Positions 40,774 through 50,607 of a stretch of 64,000 bases of DNA are shown here, in pieces (position 1 is the stretch's first letter; each line of letters opens with the position of its first letter). Made by a program: the position numbers and the translations under genes. A model generated the notes under the pieces. That model did not search any database, was not told the origin of the DNA, and saw only the letters and a program-made list of their open reading frames with translations. Source of the stretch: Candidatus Omnitrophota bacterium (lineage in GTDB: Bacteria; Omnitrophota; Gorgyraeia; Zapsychrales; Fredricksoniimonadaceae); the NCBI GenBank assembly GCA_903901225.1, contig CAIUQE010000006.1, forward strand, positions 15,369-79,368, read 5' to 3'.

Positions 40774-40994
40774 AGGGCGCGCCCCTCCTGGACATCCTTG
40801 AGCGCCTTGGCATGTTCCGTCAAAGACATGGAACCCTTGAGCCGCGCAACGGCGTTTTTGCGATCAACGGCATTCGAAGCAAAATAATTCTCCAGTGCCT
40901 CGACAATGATGGCGGAAAACCCTTTCAAATTACGGCTTGATGCCTCCCGGGACAAACGCTGGCGGATATGAACAGGCATATCGATCGTGGTGCG
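40761..40994 (-). CDS. vapB: VapB-family antitoxin
   Basis: MRTTIDMPVHIRQRL... small protein directly upstream of vapC and overlapping it. The track ORF extends to 41042. Confidence 0.65.
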   Translation of the reverse strand, partial: RTTIDMPVHIRQRLSREASSRNLKGFSAIIVEALENYFASNAVDRKNAVARLKGSMSLTEHAKALKDVQEGRALWRT

Positions 40995-41063
40995 CATAAT
41001 AAAACCTCCTGAGGCTTCAATATATACCACATGCATGTGCATGTCAATATCAGGTTGCAGAAT

Positions 41064-41771
41064 TTACGTTAAAAGCGCGCGCAGGGACTCGATGGCCTGA
41101 TTTTGATCCATAAAGAACGGGCTTGTGGCGATGGTGATGAACGGCGCCGTGGCGATCCAGGCGCGCAGGCGGGACAGCTTCAAGTCGCGGGGAATGTAAT
41201 CCATGACCGGGGCGAAAATATCCAGGTCGATATCAAGGACAAAGGGCGCGGGAGGATCAGCCATAAGCGCTTCGGCAGAACCGACCTGGACCACATCCTG
41301 GAACCAGCCCGCCCCAACGGCCGGGAGGATAAAATTGCCGACATCAAGCACATCATTGGCATAACGGCAGGCATCCTGAACACCATGACCCGTAAACCCG
41401 GAAGGTGGTGGGCGCGTATCCTTGTGCTGGTCCACATGGACAAGCCTGGCGCCAGGACGGATCGCCCCCGCGTGGATCCCGGCCGCCCAGCATGAAAAGG
41501 CATGGTTATGATTATCCATGACAAAAATATCATGCCCCGGTCGCTCGATATGGACAAAATGCTTCAGCCCCCTGGCATTCACCTCAACCCCGTCGACAAG
41601 ATCGCTGAAGACAACCTCAGGGCCGCACGCGACAGCATCAAGGCCACCTTTGATCAGGGGCGGGACATAAACCGTCCGGTGCTTCCTGTGCTCAAACGCG
41701 AACCTGTTATTGCCCAAGGGTGCGGTGATATCAAACCCGCGGTAGAATTCCTGAAGGCCGGCAATATCCAT
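41064..41771 (-). CDS. Hypothetical protein, possibly UPF0489-like metal-dependent hydrolase fold
   Basis: 235 aa. The VMDNHNHAF ... VHVDQHKD His/Asp-rich motifs suggest an arginase/deacetylase-like metal site. The family assignment is tentative. Confidence 0.5.
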   Translation of the reverse strand: MDIAGLQEFYRGFDITAPLGNNRFAFEHRKHRTVYVPPLIKGGLDAVACGPEVVFSDLVDGVEVNARGLKHFVHIERPGHDIFVMDNHNHAFSCWAAGIHAGAIRPGARLVHVDQHKDTRPPPSGFTGHGVQDACRYANDVLDVGNFILPAVGAGWFQDVVQVGSAEALMADPPAPFVLDIDLDIFAPVMDYIPRDLKLSRLRAWIATAPFITIATSPFFMDQNQAIESLRALLT

Positions 41772-42778
41772 TATAACTGCAATTTGTCGACGTCGGCCTG
41801 CGTGAGCACGGCCGCGATGACCTGGCTGATCTTCTCAGGCTCCTGCTTCGGCCAGCATTGCAACGGCAAAGGCGCCAGGCCGCGGGATTTGGAATGGAAC
41901 TGTGCCAGGCCGGCCACGAACGCCAGACGCGCCTCATCGATCTTCCCGCCGCGCAACAGGGCCGCGGGGCCGGGAAATACCGTCGGACGAAGGATGACAT
42001 CTCCGGGCACGGCGTAGCGGATAAGTTTTTCATTCTCGGCATCATCCCTGCCGAGGATAACAAAAGCTGCGTCATCAATGCGGAAGTACCGTCCCAACCC
42101 CAGCACCGCGGTCGCGGCAATATTGTCACAGCCGCGTTTGAGCACATCCTCGATCCTGGCCCCGAAAAGCTTCTCGGTCAGCAGGCACCCGCCCCCCGGT
42201 GAGGAGAACCCGCCCAGTCCCAATTCTTTCGCGAGGGCGAACTGCCGCTTGCGGGAGCGGCCGGAAATATCCAATAGTTTGTTACGATCCACAATGCCTT
42301 CCTGTTCCGCGATGGTCGGCGGCAACAGCTTCGCCGACATGGGCCGCAACAACTGCCCCGGTATGCCCGCATCCTGTTCGACCCAGCCCAGGCATTCCCG
42401 CCGCTGGGACATGGGCCTCTGGCCGAGAACCTCTCCGGTAAAAACAAACGACGCGCCGATCTCCTTCATGTACGCCGCGGCTTTCCTGATCATATAGATG
42501 TGACAATCGACACAAGGATTGTGCGCCGAACCAAAGCCGTATTTGGGCTTTGTGAGGACCGGCAGGTAATCATCCCCCAGCGGGATACTCTTGAAGGGGA
42601 TGCCGAACTTTTCCGCCAGCGCCGTAACACGAGACGGACGGCCACACCCCCAGGGCATGGAAATATTCATCGCGTGGACCTCGATACCCTGGTCCAGCAG
42701 AAATTTCGTTGCGATAGTGCTGTCGAGGCCGCCCGATAGAAGACCGACAGCTTTGTGCGGTTTACTTGCGTTTTTCAA
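41771..42778 (-). CDS. PP-loop ATPase, MnmA/TrmU-like tRNA thiouridylase family (putative)
   Basis: SGGLDS PP-loop at the N-terminus, an NPCVDC cysteine motif, and a downstream GGCLLT cysteine. This resembles the MnmA catalytic cysteine layout. 335 aa. Confidence 0.6.
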   Translation of the reverse strand: MKNASKPHKAVGLLSGGLDSTIATKFLLDQGIEVHAMNISMPWGCGRPSRVTALAEKFGIPFKSIPLGDDYLPVLTKPKYGFGSAHNPCVDCHIYMIRKAAAYMKEIGASFVFTGEVLGQRPMSQRRECLGWVEQDAGIPGQLLRPMSAKLLPPTIAEQEGIVDRNKLLDISGRSRKRQFALAKELGLGGFSSPGGGCLLTEKLFGARIEDVLKRGCDNIAATAVLGLGRYFRIDDAAFVILGRDDAENEKLIRYAVPGDVILRPTVFPGPAALLRGGKIDEARLAFVAGLAQFHSKSRGLAPLPLQCWPKQEPEKISQVIAAVLTQADVDKLQL

Positions 42779-43400
42779 GAATAAGCTCCCCTTTTTTTGT
42801 GTCCATGGAAAAAATAAAATTCTCCAGGAACGTCATCCCCAACAAGCCGTCAGCGAGCTTGAGGTTGTCCTGGTCAAGGACAATGGCCTTGACATTATGG
42901 ACCTTTGCTTCTCCGACAGCAACTTCGCTGATATCGACCGCGCGTCCGCGCACATAACCACCCCCGGCGAGCATCACCGGCACCACCTGAGCGCCCGAGG
43001 TCTTCAACTTCAGTTTCTTTGACATGGCCCGCGACACCTGCATGGCGCTCGCCCCTGTATCAAGGAGCAATCGCGCCGGGACCTTGCCGTTGAACGTGAC
43101 ACGCACATAAAAACTCGTTCCCTCGCGTTCCAGCGGGACCACAAGGCGCCCCCCCGACAACGTCACCCTTGAAGTCTTATGACGGGGCGACTCCCGCGAT
43201 AAATTTTTATTGGTCTGATTCGCGGTCTGCCCGGCCATGGACGTCCCCGTGTAAACCACGCCGCCGACGGCTTTCGCGGCGGTCCAACCCGCCTTGCCGA
43301 CAACCCCGACAGCCTCTCCGCCGGCCTCAAGAAGAGTGCACCCGCAGCCAAAAGCCACAAGACCACACAAAAATATTAAATACCCTGCTCTCATATTCAA
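42762..43400 (-). CDS. Retropepsin-like aspartic protease lipoprotein
   Basis: Lipobox (FGCGC) and an LLDTGAS active-site motif of clan AA aspartyl proteases. Confidence 0.7.
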   Translation of the reverse strand: MNMRAGYLIFLCGLVAFGCGCTLLEAGGEAVGVVGKAGWTAAKAVGGVVYTGTSMAGQTANQTNKNLSRESPRHKTSRVTLSGGRLVVPLEREGTSFYVRVTFNGKVPARLLLDTGASAMQVSRAMSKKLKLKTSGAQVVPVMLAGGGYVRGRAVDISEVAVGEAKVHNVKAIVLDQDNLKLADGLLGMTFLENFIFSMDTKKGELILEKRK

Positions 43401-45379
43401 TGGGCTCCCTTGCCTTTTAGGTCCATGATCAGGTCACGCAATTTCGCGGCTTTCTCAAATTCCAGGTTGCGCGCGGCAAGGTCCATCCGGCGTTCCAGCT
43501 CCGCCACTTCCTGGCCCTGGTCATATTCTTCCTTTGCCTGGCCTGTCACTTCCCGGACAAACTCCTCGGCCTCGGCCCACGCCTCAATGCCGGTCTTGAT
43601 GGCCTTGTCAATGGTGCGGGGCGTGATGTTATGCTGCTGGTTATACGCGACCTGGATCTTGCGGCGGCGGTCACACTCGCCGATGGTCGCGCGCATGGCA
43701 TCCGAGACCGTGTCCGCGTACATGATGACAATGCCGCTGACATTGCGCGCCGCGCGGCCCGCGGTCTGAATGAGCGACGTCTGCGAGCGCAGGAAACCCT
43801 GCTTGTCCGCGTCGAAGATCGCGACGAGCGACACCTCCGGCAGGTCAAGCCCTTCGCGCAGAAGGTTGACGCCGACGATGCAATCATATTTCTTAAGGCG
43901 CAGGTCCTGCAGGATCTTCGTCCGTTCAATGGTCTCGATGTCCGAATGCAGGTATTTGACGCTCAACCCCTGCTCCTGAAGATAGGCGGAAAGGTCTTCC
44001 GACATCCGCTTCGTCAGGGTGGTGATGAGCGTCCGTTCTTTTTTCGCGACCCGCGCCTTGACCTCGCGCACCACATCCTCGACCTGGCCTGTGGTCGGGC
44101 GCACCTCAATATGGGGGTCCGGAATGCCCGTGGGGCGGATGACCTGCTCAACAACCCTCCCGCCTGCGGCCTTGATCTCAAAAGGCGCCGGGGTCGCCGA
44201 AACATAAATGGTCTGCCCTGTTACGGCCTGGAACTCCTCAAAACGCAACGGCCTGTTGTCGAGGCATGAGGGCAGGCGAAAACCATGCGCTACCAGCATT
44301 TCCTTGCGGGCGCGATCGCCCTCGTACATCCCGCGGATCTGCGGGCACGTCACATGCGATTCATCGATAACGACAAGAAGGTCTTTGGGGAAATAATCAA
44401 TGAGGCACGATGGCCTCGCCCCGGGAGGACGATCGGCAAGGACGCGGGAATAATTCTCAATGCCATTGCAATAACCCATCTCGCGCATCATTTCCATGTC
44501 ATATTTTGTCCGCGACCCCAGGCGCTGGGCCTCAAGGAGCTTCCCCTGCGCCGTCAGTTCCGCGACGCGCGCGGTCATTTCACGTTCGATCTCGGCCAGG
44601 GCCTTTTCCATCTTGGGCTGGGCGACAACGAAATGTTTAGCGGGAAAAACAGCGGCCTGGTCCAGTTCCTGCTGGACCTCGCCGGTCAGCGCGTCCACCT
44701 GGCGGATGCGCTCGATCTCATCGTCGAAGAATTCAATGCGCAGGACATCCTGGCGGTAAGCCGGAAAGACCTCGACGATATCGCCCCGCACGCGGATCCT
44801 GCCGCGCGCAAGGTCATGGTCATTGCGTTCATACTGGATATCCAGCAGCCGCCGCAAGAGATCATCGCGGTCCACCTTGTCCCCCCGCTTGAAACACACC
44901 AGGCTGTTCTGGTAATCTTCGGGAGAACCAAGGTTGTAGATGCACGAAACGCTCGCGACAATGATGACATCGCGGCGCGACATGAGCGATGTCGTCGCCG
45001 CCAGGCGCAGGCGGTCAAGCCGGTCATTGATCGAAGCGTCTTTCTCGATATAAACATCAGTCGAGGGAATATACGCTTCAGGCTGGTAATAATCGTAATA
45101 GCTCACAAAATACTCGACGGCATTCGAAGGGAAGAATTCCTTGAACTCCCCGTAAAGCTGGGCCGCGAGGGTCTTGTTATGGGAGATGACAAGGGTGGGC
45201 CGGTGACTGCGGGCGATCACATTGGCCAGCGTGAACGTCTTGCCGCTGCCCGTGACCCCGAGCAGGACCTGCGCGTTCTCACCCGCCGCGATCCCGGCCG
45301 TCAGGATATCGGCCGCTTTTTTCTGGTCTGGGATAAGTTTGAACGAAGACTGCAACTGGAATGACGGCATAACGACCAC
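43397..45379 (-). CDS. uvrB: Excinuclease ABC subunit B
   Basis: 660 aa. Walker A GVTGSGKT, helicase motifs, the beta-hairpin region and a C-terminal UvrC-interaction coiled coil. Confidence 0.95.
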   Translation of the reverse strand: MVVMPSFQLQSSFKLIPDQKKAADILTAGIAAGENAQVLLGVTGSGKTFTLANVIARSHRPTLVISHNKTLAAQLYGEFKEFFPSNAVEYFVSYYDYYQPEAYIPSTDVYIEKDASINDRLDRLRLAATTSLMSRRDVIIVASVSCIYNLGSPEDYQNSLVCFKRGDKVDRDDLLRRLLDIQYERNDHDLARGRIRVRGDIVEVFPAYRQDVLRIEFFDDEIERIRQVDALTGEVQQELDQAAVFPAKHFVVAQPKMEKALAEIEREMTARVAELTAQGKLLEAQRLGSRTKYDMEMMREMGYCNGIENYSRVLADRPPGARPSCLIDYFPKDLLVVIDESHVTCPQIRGMYEGDRARKEMLVAHGFRLPSCLDNRPLRFEEFQAVTGQTIYVSATPAPFEIKAAGGRVVEQVIRPTGIPDPHIEVRPTTGQVEDVVREVKARVAKKERTLITTLTKRMSEDLSAYLQEQGLSVKYLHSDIETIERTKILQDLRLKKYDCIVGVNLLREGLDLPEVSLVAIFDADKQGFLRSQTSLIQTAGRAARNVSGIVIMYADTVSDAMRATIGECDRRRKIQVAYNQQHNITPRTIDKAIKTGIEAWAEAEEFVREVTGQAKEEYDQGQEVAELERRMDLAARNLEFEKAAKLRDLIMDLKGKGAH

Positions 45380-45406
45380 ATCGCCGGGCCCGGGACGGAG
45401 AGAGCC

Positions 45407-45706
45407 TCAGCAGATCTTCCCGTGCTTGTAGGGGCGAAGCTTGTTCTTGTCGCACTTCTTGAGGATCTCGGCCTCGATGTCGATCCCCATCCCCCCGCAA
45501 AGGTCAAAGAGGCGGATGAACGTGTCTGCCAGCTCTTCCTTGAAATTCGCGTCATCCTGTTTGCGGTGGGCTTCCATGGCCTCGGCAAGCTCGGTGACGA
45601 CGAGCATCAGGGCCTCGCCCGTGTTGCGGGGCTTGTCCCAGAAACCCTTGGACTTGGCGATGGCGTGGCAAAGTTCGGTCATCTCTTTGATCGTGGGTGC
45701 GCTCAT
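45407..45706 (-). CDS. MazG-like nucleotide pyrophosphohydrolase (small all-alpha NTP-PPase)
   Basis: 99 aa. The EL.EA..A...GD...EELAD motif pattern (VVTELAEAMEA...EELADTFIRLF). Confidence 0.7.
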   Translation of the reverse strand: MSAPTIKEMTELCHAIAKSKGFWDKPRNTGEALMLVVTELAEAMEAHRKQDDANFKEELADTFIRLFDLCGGMGIDIEAEILKKCDKNKLRPYKHGKIC

Positions 45707-45735
45707 GGCTGTTTCCTTTCCAGGTCCGGAAAATA

Positions 45736-46455
45736 TTATTTCGGGTAACGCTCCAGAAAATTCATCATGTCCGCCGACAGCTTCGCTTCCACCTTGACAG
45801 CCTTGCCCGTGAAAGGATGCTTGAAGGATATTTCCGCCGCGTGCAGGGCCGTGCGCTTGAACTTGAGGTCATAGTCCTTGCGAAAAATATACTTGTTCTC
45901 ACCGACGATCGGGTTACCTATCCCCTTGAAATGAAGGCGCAGCTGGTTGGTCCGGCCCGTGATCGGCTCGGCCTCGACGATGGTGAACTGCTTGCGGAAC
46001 TCGAGAACCTTGTATTTCGTGAAAGCATCCTTGGCCCCCGCGTCAGGAGAGAATTTGTCCGCGAACGCGTCCTTGACGGGAATGCTGATCGTCCCGGCCG
46101 GGCGCGTGACCCTGCCGTGCACGAACACGATATATTTCTTGTGGACCAGGCGTTTATGGAACAATCCCATCAAAGCCTGCTGGCTGGCCTTGCCTTTGGC
46201 AAAAAAGATCGCGCCTGAAGTTTCCCGGTCAAGCCGGTGACACGGATGCAGTTTCGCGCCCGGGACGCCGTTGACCTCTTCCCGGTAGAATTCATTGACC
46301 TCATCTTCAAGGCACTGCTCTTTCTCCTGACGGGACGCGGCGGCCACGCTCAACAGGCCAGCCGGTTTGTAGAACGCCATGAACTGTTCGTCCTCATACA
46401 GGACCTTGACGGGCCTGCCGGAGGTGTAACGCTTAGACATGGGGTTCCTCTTCAT
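45736..46455 (-). CDS. RluA-family pseudouridine synthase
   Basis: HRLDRETSG catalytic motif. 239 aa. Confidence 0.85.
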   Translation of the reverse strand: MKRNPMSKRYTSGRPVKVLYEDEQFMAFYKPAGLLSVAAASRQEKEQCLEDEVNEFYREEVNGVPGAKLHPCHRLDRETSGAIFFAKGKASQQALMGLFHKRLVHKKYIVFVHGRVTRPAGTISIPVKDAFADKFSPDAGAKDAFTKYKVLEFRKQFTIVEAEPITGRTNQLRLHFKGIGNPIVGENKYIFRKDYDLKFKRTALHAAEISFKHPFTGKAVKVEAKLSADMMNFLERYPK

Positions 46456-46636
46456 CCGCCCCGAAACGCTCCTGCAAAAGGCGCGTGAGGCGGTTGAGCT
46501 TGACGATGATGATGACGGGAAAAACGATCAGCCACATCTGGAACAGGAGCGCCAGAAAAACCTGCGCTGAACTGACGGAAATATTGAATGAATTTTCCAT
46601 ATTATCCTCGGATAACTTTGAAGTGGACCATCCCGT

Positions 46637-47023
46637 TCAGTTCTGACGGCCCCGCGTTTCTCTGCCGGCAAGGATGCTGTCGACAAAATCAGTGAGGATG
46701 CCGCTGTCCCGGGGATGGATGTCATTAAAAAATATGGCGGTGTTGAACGCGTTTTCACCGGGGATGTTCTCCGTGCGCACCACCACGCCGCCGCAGGTGA
46801 TCTTTTTCGTCGCGCCCCGCCCCGCTTTCTTCATGGGAAGCAGCAGGATGATCTGCAGCTTCATCATGGGCTCAAGGAACTCGTTGACCCGGCAATAAAC
46901 ACCCGAGCAGCTGATATTCCGGCTCTCGGTGACAAGGTCGGCCTTCGGCCCGCAGATCTTCAACGGGATATTGTTGTCAACACGCGGATGACGACGTTGT
47001 TCTTGCGAAGGATTCCCGCTCAC
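46637..47023 (-). CDS. PilZ domain protein (c-di-GMP receptor)
   Basis: RRHPRV ... DLVTESRNISCSGV fits the RxxxR / D.S.GG PilZ motifs. Confidence 0.65.
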   Translation of the reverse strand: MSGNPSQEQRRHPRVDNNIPLKICGPKADLVTESRNISCSGVYCRVNEFLEPMMKLQIILLLPMKKAGRGATKKITCGGVVVRTENIPGENAFNTAIFFNDIHPRDSGILTDFVDSILAGRETRGRQN

Positions 47024-47037
47024 ATTTCCTCCTTGCC

Positions 47038-47382
47038 TCAGGTCGACCTGACAAACTTGCCTATGGTCCCGCGCTGGAAATCAGCTTCGTTGATGAACTC
47101 CAGCCCGATCTGATAATTCTCGGCCATGGGATTATACCGCACCCAGACCACGCGGCCCTCAACATCCAGGACCTTCGTGCGGTCCTCAAGCTGTATCCTG
47201 ACGGTGACCTGGCTGTTAATGGGAAGGAATTCGGAAGCCATGAACCTCACACCGCCCTGGCTCAGGTCCTGGGCCATCTGATCGCAAAAACTTTCACTGG
47301 CAGCCGTATGGAACCTGAGCGGCCGCTTGAACGGCACCCGGATAAATTGCCTGCTGTTAATGCTTCTGGTGGCTGTAGGCAT
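47038..47382 (-). CDS. PilZ domain protein (c-di-GMP receptor)
   Basis: RQFIRVP ... DLSQGGVRF. 114 aa, adjacent to a second PilZ gene. Confidence 0.65.
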   Translation of the reverse strand: MPTATRSINSRQFIRVPFKRPLRFHTAASESFCDQMAQDLSQGGVRFMASEFLPINSQVTVRIQLEDRTKVLDVEGRVVWVRYNPMAENYQIGLEFINEADFQRGTIGKFVRST

Positions 47383-47483
47383 AAATTTTCTCTTTATAAC
47401 GAAAATATTATATCATAGAAGAAAATCGTCCCTAGCAACTTTTAGACGATTTTCAACCTTCGCCGCCATCCTGTTATATAATA

Positions 47484-48299
47484 TTGCCCATGTACAAACA
47501 GTTCTACGGCTTCAAAGAAAACGCGTTCAATATCACCTCGGACCCCGCCTTCTATTTTGAGAGCGACCAGCACAAGGAAGCTTACGCGCACCTCCTTTAC
47601 GGCATCAGGAACCGCAAAGGCATCATCTCCATGACAGGCGAGGTCGGGACTGGAAAGACCACCCTTTGCCGCATCCTCCTGAACCAGATCGACGAAAAGA
47701 TAAAGACCGCCTTCATCCTCAACCCCAGCTTTTCGCAGATCCAGCTCCTGCAGCTCATCACCAAGGACCTGGGGATACCCCTGCCGGCCAAGACGAACAA
47801 CAAGCTCGAGCTTATCAACACCCTGAACCAGTTCCTCATCGATGAAACATCCAAAGGGCATAACGTGGCCGTCATCATCGACGAGGCGCAAAACCTCAAT
47901 ATCCACCAGCTTGAACAGATCCGCCTGCTCTCCAACCTCGAGACCGAGAAGGACAAGCTCCTGCAGATCATTCTCGTCGGCCAACCGGAACTTCTTGATA
48001 AATTGAAGAAACCCTCCCTGCGCCAACTCAATTCGCGCGTGAGCGTGCGCTACCATATCCAGCCGCTCGCGCGGGACGAGATAAAAAAATACATCAACCA
48101 CCGGCTTGCCATCGCCGGAGCGCCGCCCGTCCTGAAATTCACCGACGCGGCCGTTAACGATATCTTCACATTCTCAAAAGGGACCCCGCGCCTCATCAAC
48201 ATCCTGTGCGAGCACGCGCTTTTGGCGGGATTCGTGAATGAGACCATGACCATCGACGACGATATCATCAAAAGCGCGGCCAAAGAGGCTTTGGGCTGA
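47484..48299 (+). CDS. ExeA/GspA/MshM-like AAA ATPase
   Basis: 271 aa. Walker A GEVGTGKTT, Walker B VIIDEAQNL. Typical ExeA-family N-terminus (FYGFKENAFNITSDPAFYF). Confidence 0.8.
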   Translation: MPMYKQFYGFKENAFNITSDPAFYFESDQHKEAYAHLLYGIRNRKGIISMTGEVGTGKTTLCRILLNQIDEKIKTAFILNPSFSQIQLLQLITKDLGIPLPAKTNNKLELINTLNQFLIDETSKGHNVAVIIDEAQNLNIHQLEQIRLLSNLETEKDKLLQIILVGQPELLDKLKKPSLRQLNSRVSVRYHIQPLARDEIKKYINHRLAIAGAPPVLKFTDAAVNDIFTFSKGTPRLINILCEHALLAGFVNETMTIDDDIIKSAAKEALG

Positions 48300-48300
48300 T

Positions 48301-48900
48301 ATGAGCATCATCCACGACGCCTTGAAAAAAGTCCAGCAATCCAATCCCGGCGGGGCACCGAAACCCGCGGCGCCGCTCCCACCTCAGCCGCGAACGCCCG
48401 ATCCTGCCAACATGCCGGAAAGGACCAATATCCCCTTGCTGGTGGCCGTTCTATGCGCCGCCATCGCCATGCTTTTCGCGGCCTTGCCCCACTTCACCTC
48501 AAAAGGGCCCGCCGCTTCAGTTAAAAATGAGAAACCCGCGGCCCTGCCGCAGCCCGCGCAAAACGTTCCACCTCCGGTTCCTGGGCCTGTCCCTCCTTCA
48601 TCGCATGCCATGGCCCAGGCGCTGGCGGGTGCCGTGGCCGTTCCAACCGTACCGGCCGGCGCTCAAACCGTCCCTGTAAAAGAACCGACACCCCGTGAAC
48701 CGGCGGACCCGAATGACCCTCTGGGAAGCGTGCAGATCGAAGGTGTGCTGGAAACAGGCGGGAAAAAAGCCGTTCTGATCAACGGCAATATTTACGAGGA
48801 AGGCCAGACCATTTACGGCCGGATCATCATGCAGATCTCATTCGACGAACTTACTGTGATCGACAACGGCCGCAAACGCGTCCTGCGCATCAAGCCCTGA
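48301..48900 (+). CDS. GspB-like membrane-anchored Pro-rich protein (ExeA partner)
   Basis: Single TM (IPLLVAVLCAAIAMLFAAL), a Pro/Ala-rich periplasmic linker and a small C-terminal domain. Immediately follows the exeA-like gene with a 1-nt gap. Confidence 0.55.
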   Translation: MSIIHDALKKVQQSNPGGAPKPAAPLPPQPRTPDPANMPERTNIPLLVAVLCAAIAMLFAALPHFTSKGPAASVKNEKPAALPQPAQNVPPPVPGPVPPSSHAMAQALAGAVAVPTVPAGAQTVPVKEPTPREPADPNDPLGSVQIEGVLETGGKKAVLINGNIYEEGQTIYGRIIMQISFDELTVIDNGRKRVLRIKP

Positions 48901-49987
48901 TAAGCCCTTTGAGAATACCGGCGACAAAACCCTCGGGGACGGATCCGGCGATAACAGCACGCCCAATGCCCCGCGCCAGTACAAAACGGATCTTCCCGCC
49001 TTCGAACTTCTTGTCGAATTTCATGGCACCCATGACCTTGCCCAGCGTCGCGCCACGGACCTCCCGGGGAAGGCCGATCGCGGACAGCAACATTTCAACG
49101 CGCAAGGCATCCCGTGCCGGTAATAGTTGCGCGGCGACCGACATGCGGCAAGCCGCGCGCATGCCCAGGGCCACGGCTTCACCATGATGATAACGGCTGA
49201 ACCCACAGGCCGCCTCGATCGCATGGCCTGCGGTATGCCCGAAATTCAGGATCGTGCGGATGCCTTTGGTCTCCTTTTCATCTTCCTCGACCACCCGTGC
49301 CTTGATGGCCGCGCAGGCAAGGACCACGCGCGTAAGGGCAGCCCGGTCATGGCCCAGGAGCGGCCTGGTGTTCGCTTCCAGGAGATCAAAAAGTTTCGCG
49401 TCAGCGATGACACCGTACTTGACCGCCTCGGCAAGCCCGTTGCGCAACTGACGGTCTGACAGGGAAGAAAGCAAAGCGACATCGGCCCAGACAAGTTTCG
49501 GCTGGTAGAACGCGCCAACAAGGTTCTTTCCCTCCGGGAGATCCACCGCCACTTTACCGCCGATGGCGGAATCTATCTGCGCCAAAAGGGTCGTGGGCAC
49601 CTGCACAAAAGGGATACCGCGCTTGTAAACAGCGGCCACAAAACCCGCCAGGTCACCCACCACACCGCCGCCAAGGGCGACGATGAAAGGCCGCTTGTCC
49701 GCGGCGTAACGCGTGATCTGCTTGATAAGTCCCACCGCGACGGCAATGCTCTTGCTGCGCTCCGAATCCGCGACCTCAAGGACCTTGACCGTGAACCCGG
49801 CTTTCAACAGCCCCTTCGCCAGCTTCGCGCCGTAAAGCTTGCGGACCAGCGGATTGGTCACGACCACGGCATCCGTGCCGATTCCCAGCCTTTTCACCGC
49901 CGCCGGAAATTTGTCCAGGATATCATGGCCCACGACGATCGAATAAGGGTCATCTTTTAACGCCACATGAACTGTTGCCATCGTCAT
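48890..49987 (-). CDS. aroB: 3-dehydroquinate synthase
   Basis: 365 aa. GGGVVGDLAGFVAA nucleotide-binding motif and conserved metal-binding His residues. Confidence 0.9.
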   Translation of the reverse strand: MTMATVHVALKDDPYSIVVGHDILDKFPAAVKRLGIGTDAVVVTNPLVRKLYGAKLAKGLLKAGFTVKVLEVADSERSKSIAVAVGLIKQITRYAADKRPFIVALGGGVVGDLAGFVAAVYKRGIPFVQVPTTLLAQIDSAIGGKVAVDLPEGKNLVGAFYQPKLVWADVALLSSLSDRQLRNGLAEAVKYGVIADAKLFDLLEANTRPLLGHDRAALTRVVLACAAIKARVVEEDEKETKGIRTILNFGHTAGHAIEAACGFSRYHHGEAVALGMRAACRMSVAAQLLPARDALRVEMLLSAIGLPREVRGATLGKVMGAMKFDKKFEGGKIRFVLARGIGRAVIAGSVPEGFVAGILKGLIRA

Positions 49988-50607
49988 ACTCCCATCCAGC
50001 GCGCCGCGCTATAAATGAACCGGTCGAGAAAATTAAGCCACCCCATGTTCAACATCACAAAAACAATGATCACACCGGCAAAATTATCCAGGCGGCTGAC
50101 GAGCGCGAGCATCTGCCGCGGAAGGATGGCATAAAGGATCCCCGACCCGTCGAGCGGCGGGACGGGGATCATGTTGAACACAGCCAGGCCGAGGTTCAAC
50201 AGGACAGCCGTGGCAAATATCTCCTGCCCCCCGGGATTACGGACGAACGCCAGTGCTTTCGCGAAAACGAACGCGATCATCACGTTCATGAGCGGCCCCG
50301 CGAGGCGCACGAGCATGATGTCGCGCCGCGGATGATGCAGCTGGCGAGGGTCGAACGGGACCGGTTTCGCGAACCCAAAAATGATCGGGCTTTTCGTCCA
50401 GCCAAAAGCGTACGGAAGATACAGCATGAGCGGTACAAGGACCGTCCCGACAGGATCGATATGCTTAAGGGGATTGAGCGTCAGTCGCCCCATGCGGCGG
50501 GCCGTGGCGTCCCCCAATTTATCGGCGGACCACGCATGCGCGTATTCATGCAGGACTATGGCGGGCACAACCACACAAACAAAGATCAGGGCAATGGTTA
50601 TCATCAA
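49984..50607 (-). CDS. Site-2 protease family (M50) membrane metalloprotease
   Basis: HEYAHA HExxH motif within a TM helix. Multiple TM segments, and LDG in a later helix. Confidence 0.8.
   Translation of the reverse strand: MMITIALIFVCVVVPAIVLHEYAHAWSADKLGDATARRMGRLTLNPLKHIDPVGTVLVPLMLYLPYAFGWTKSPIIFGFAKPVPFDPRQLHHPRRDIMLVRLAGPLMNVMIAFVFAKALAFVRNPGGQEIFATAVLLNLGLAVFNMIPVPPLDGSGILYAILPRQMLALVSRLDNFAGVIIVFVMLNMGWLNFLDRFIYSAARWMGV

Noticed and set aside
44285-45364. 359-aa plus-strand ORF
   Set aside because: It is antisense to uvrB.
46528-46758. 76-aa minus-strand ORF overlapping the rluA-PilZ intergenic region
   Set aside because: It spans an intergenic region and the PilZ gene 3' end in another frame. 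The Ser/Pro/Arg-rich composition looks spurious. A different 55-codon ORF in this gap is reported as a finding instead.
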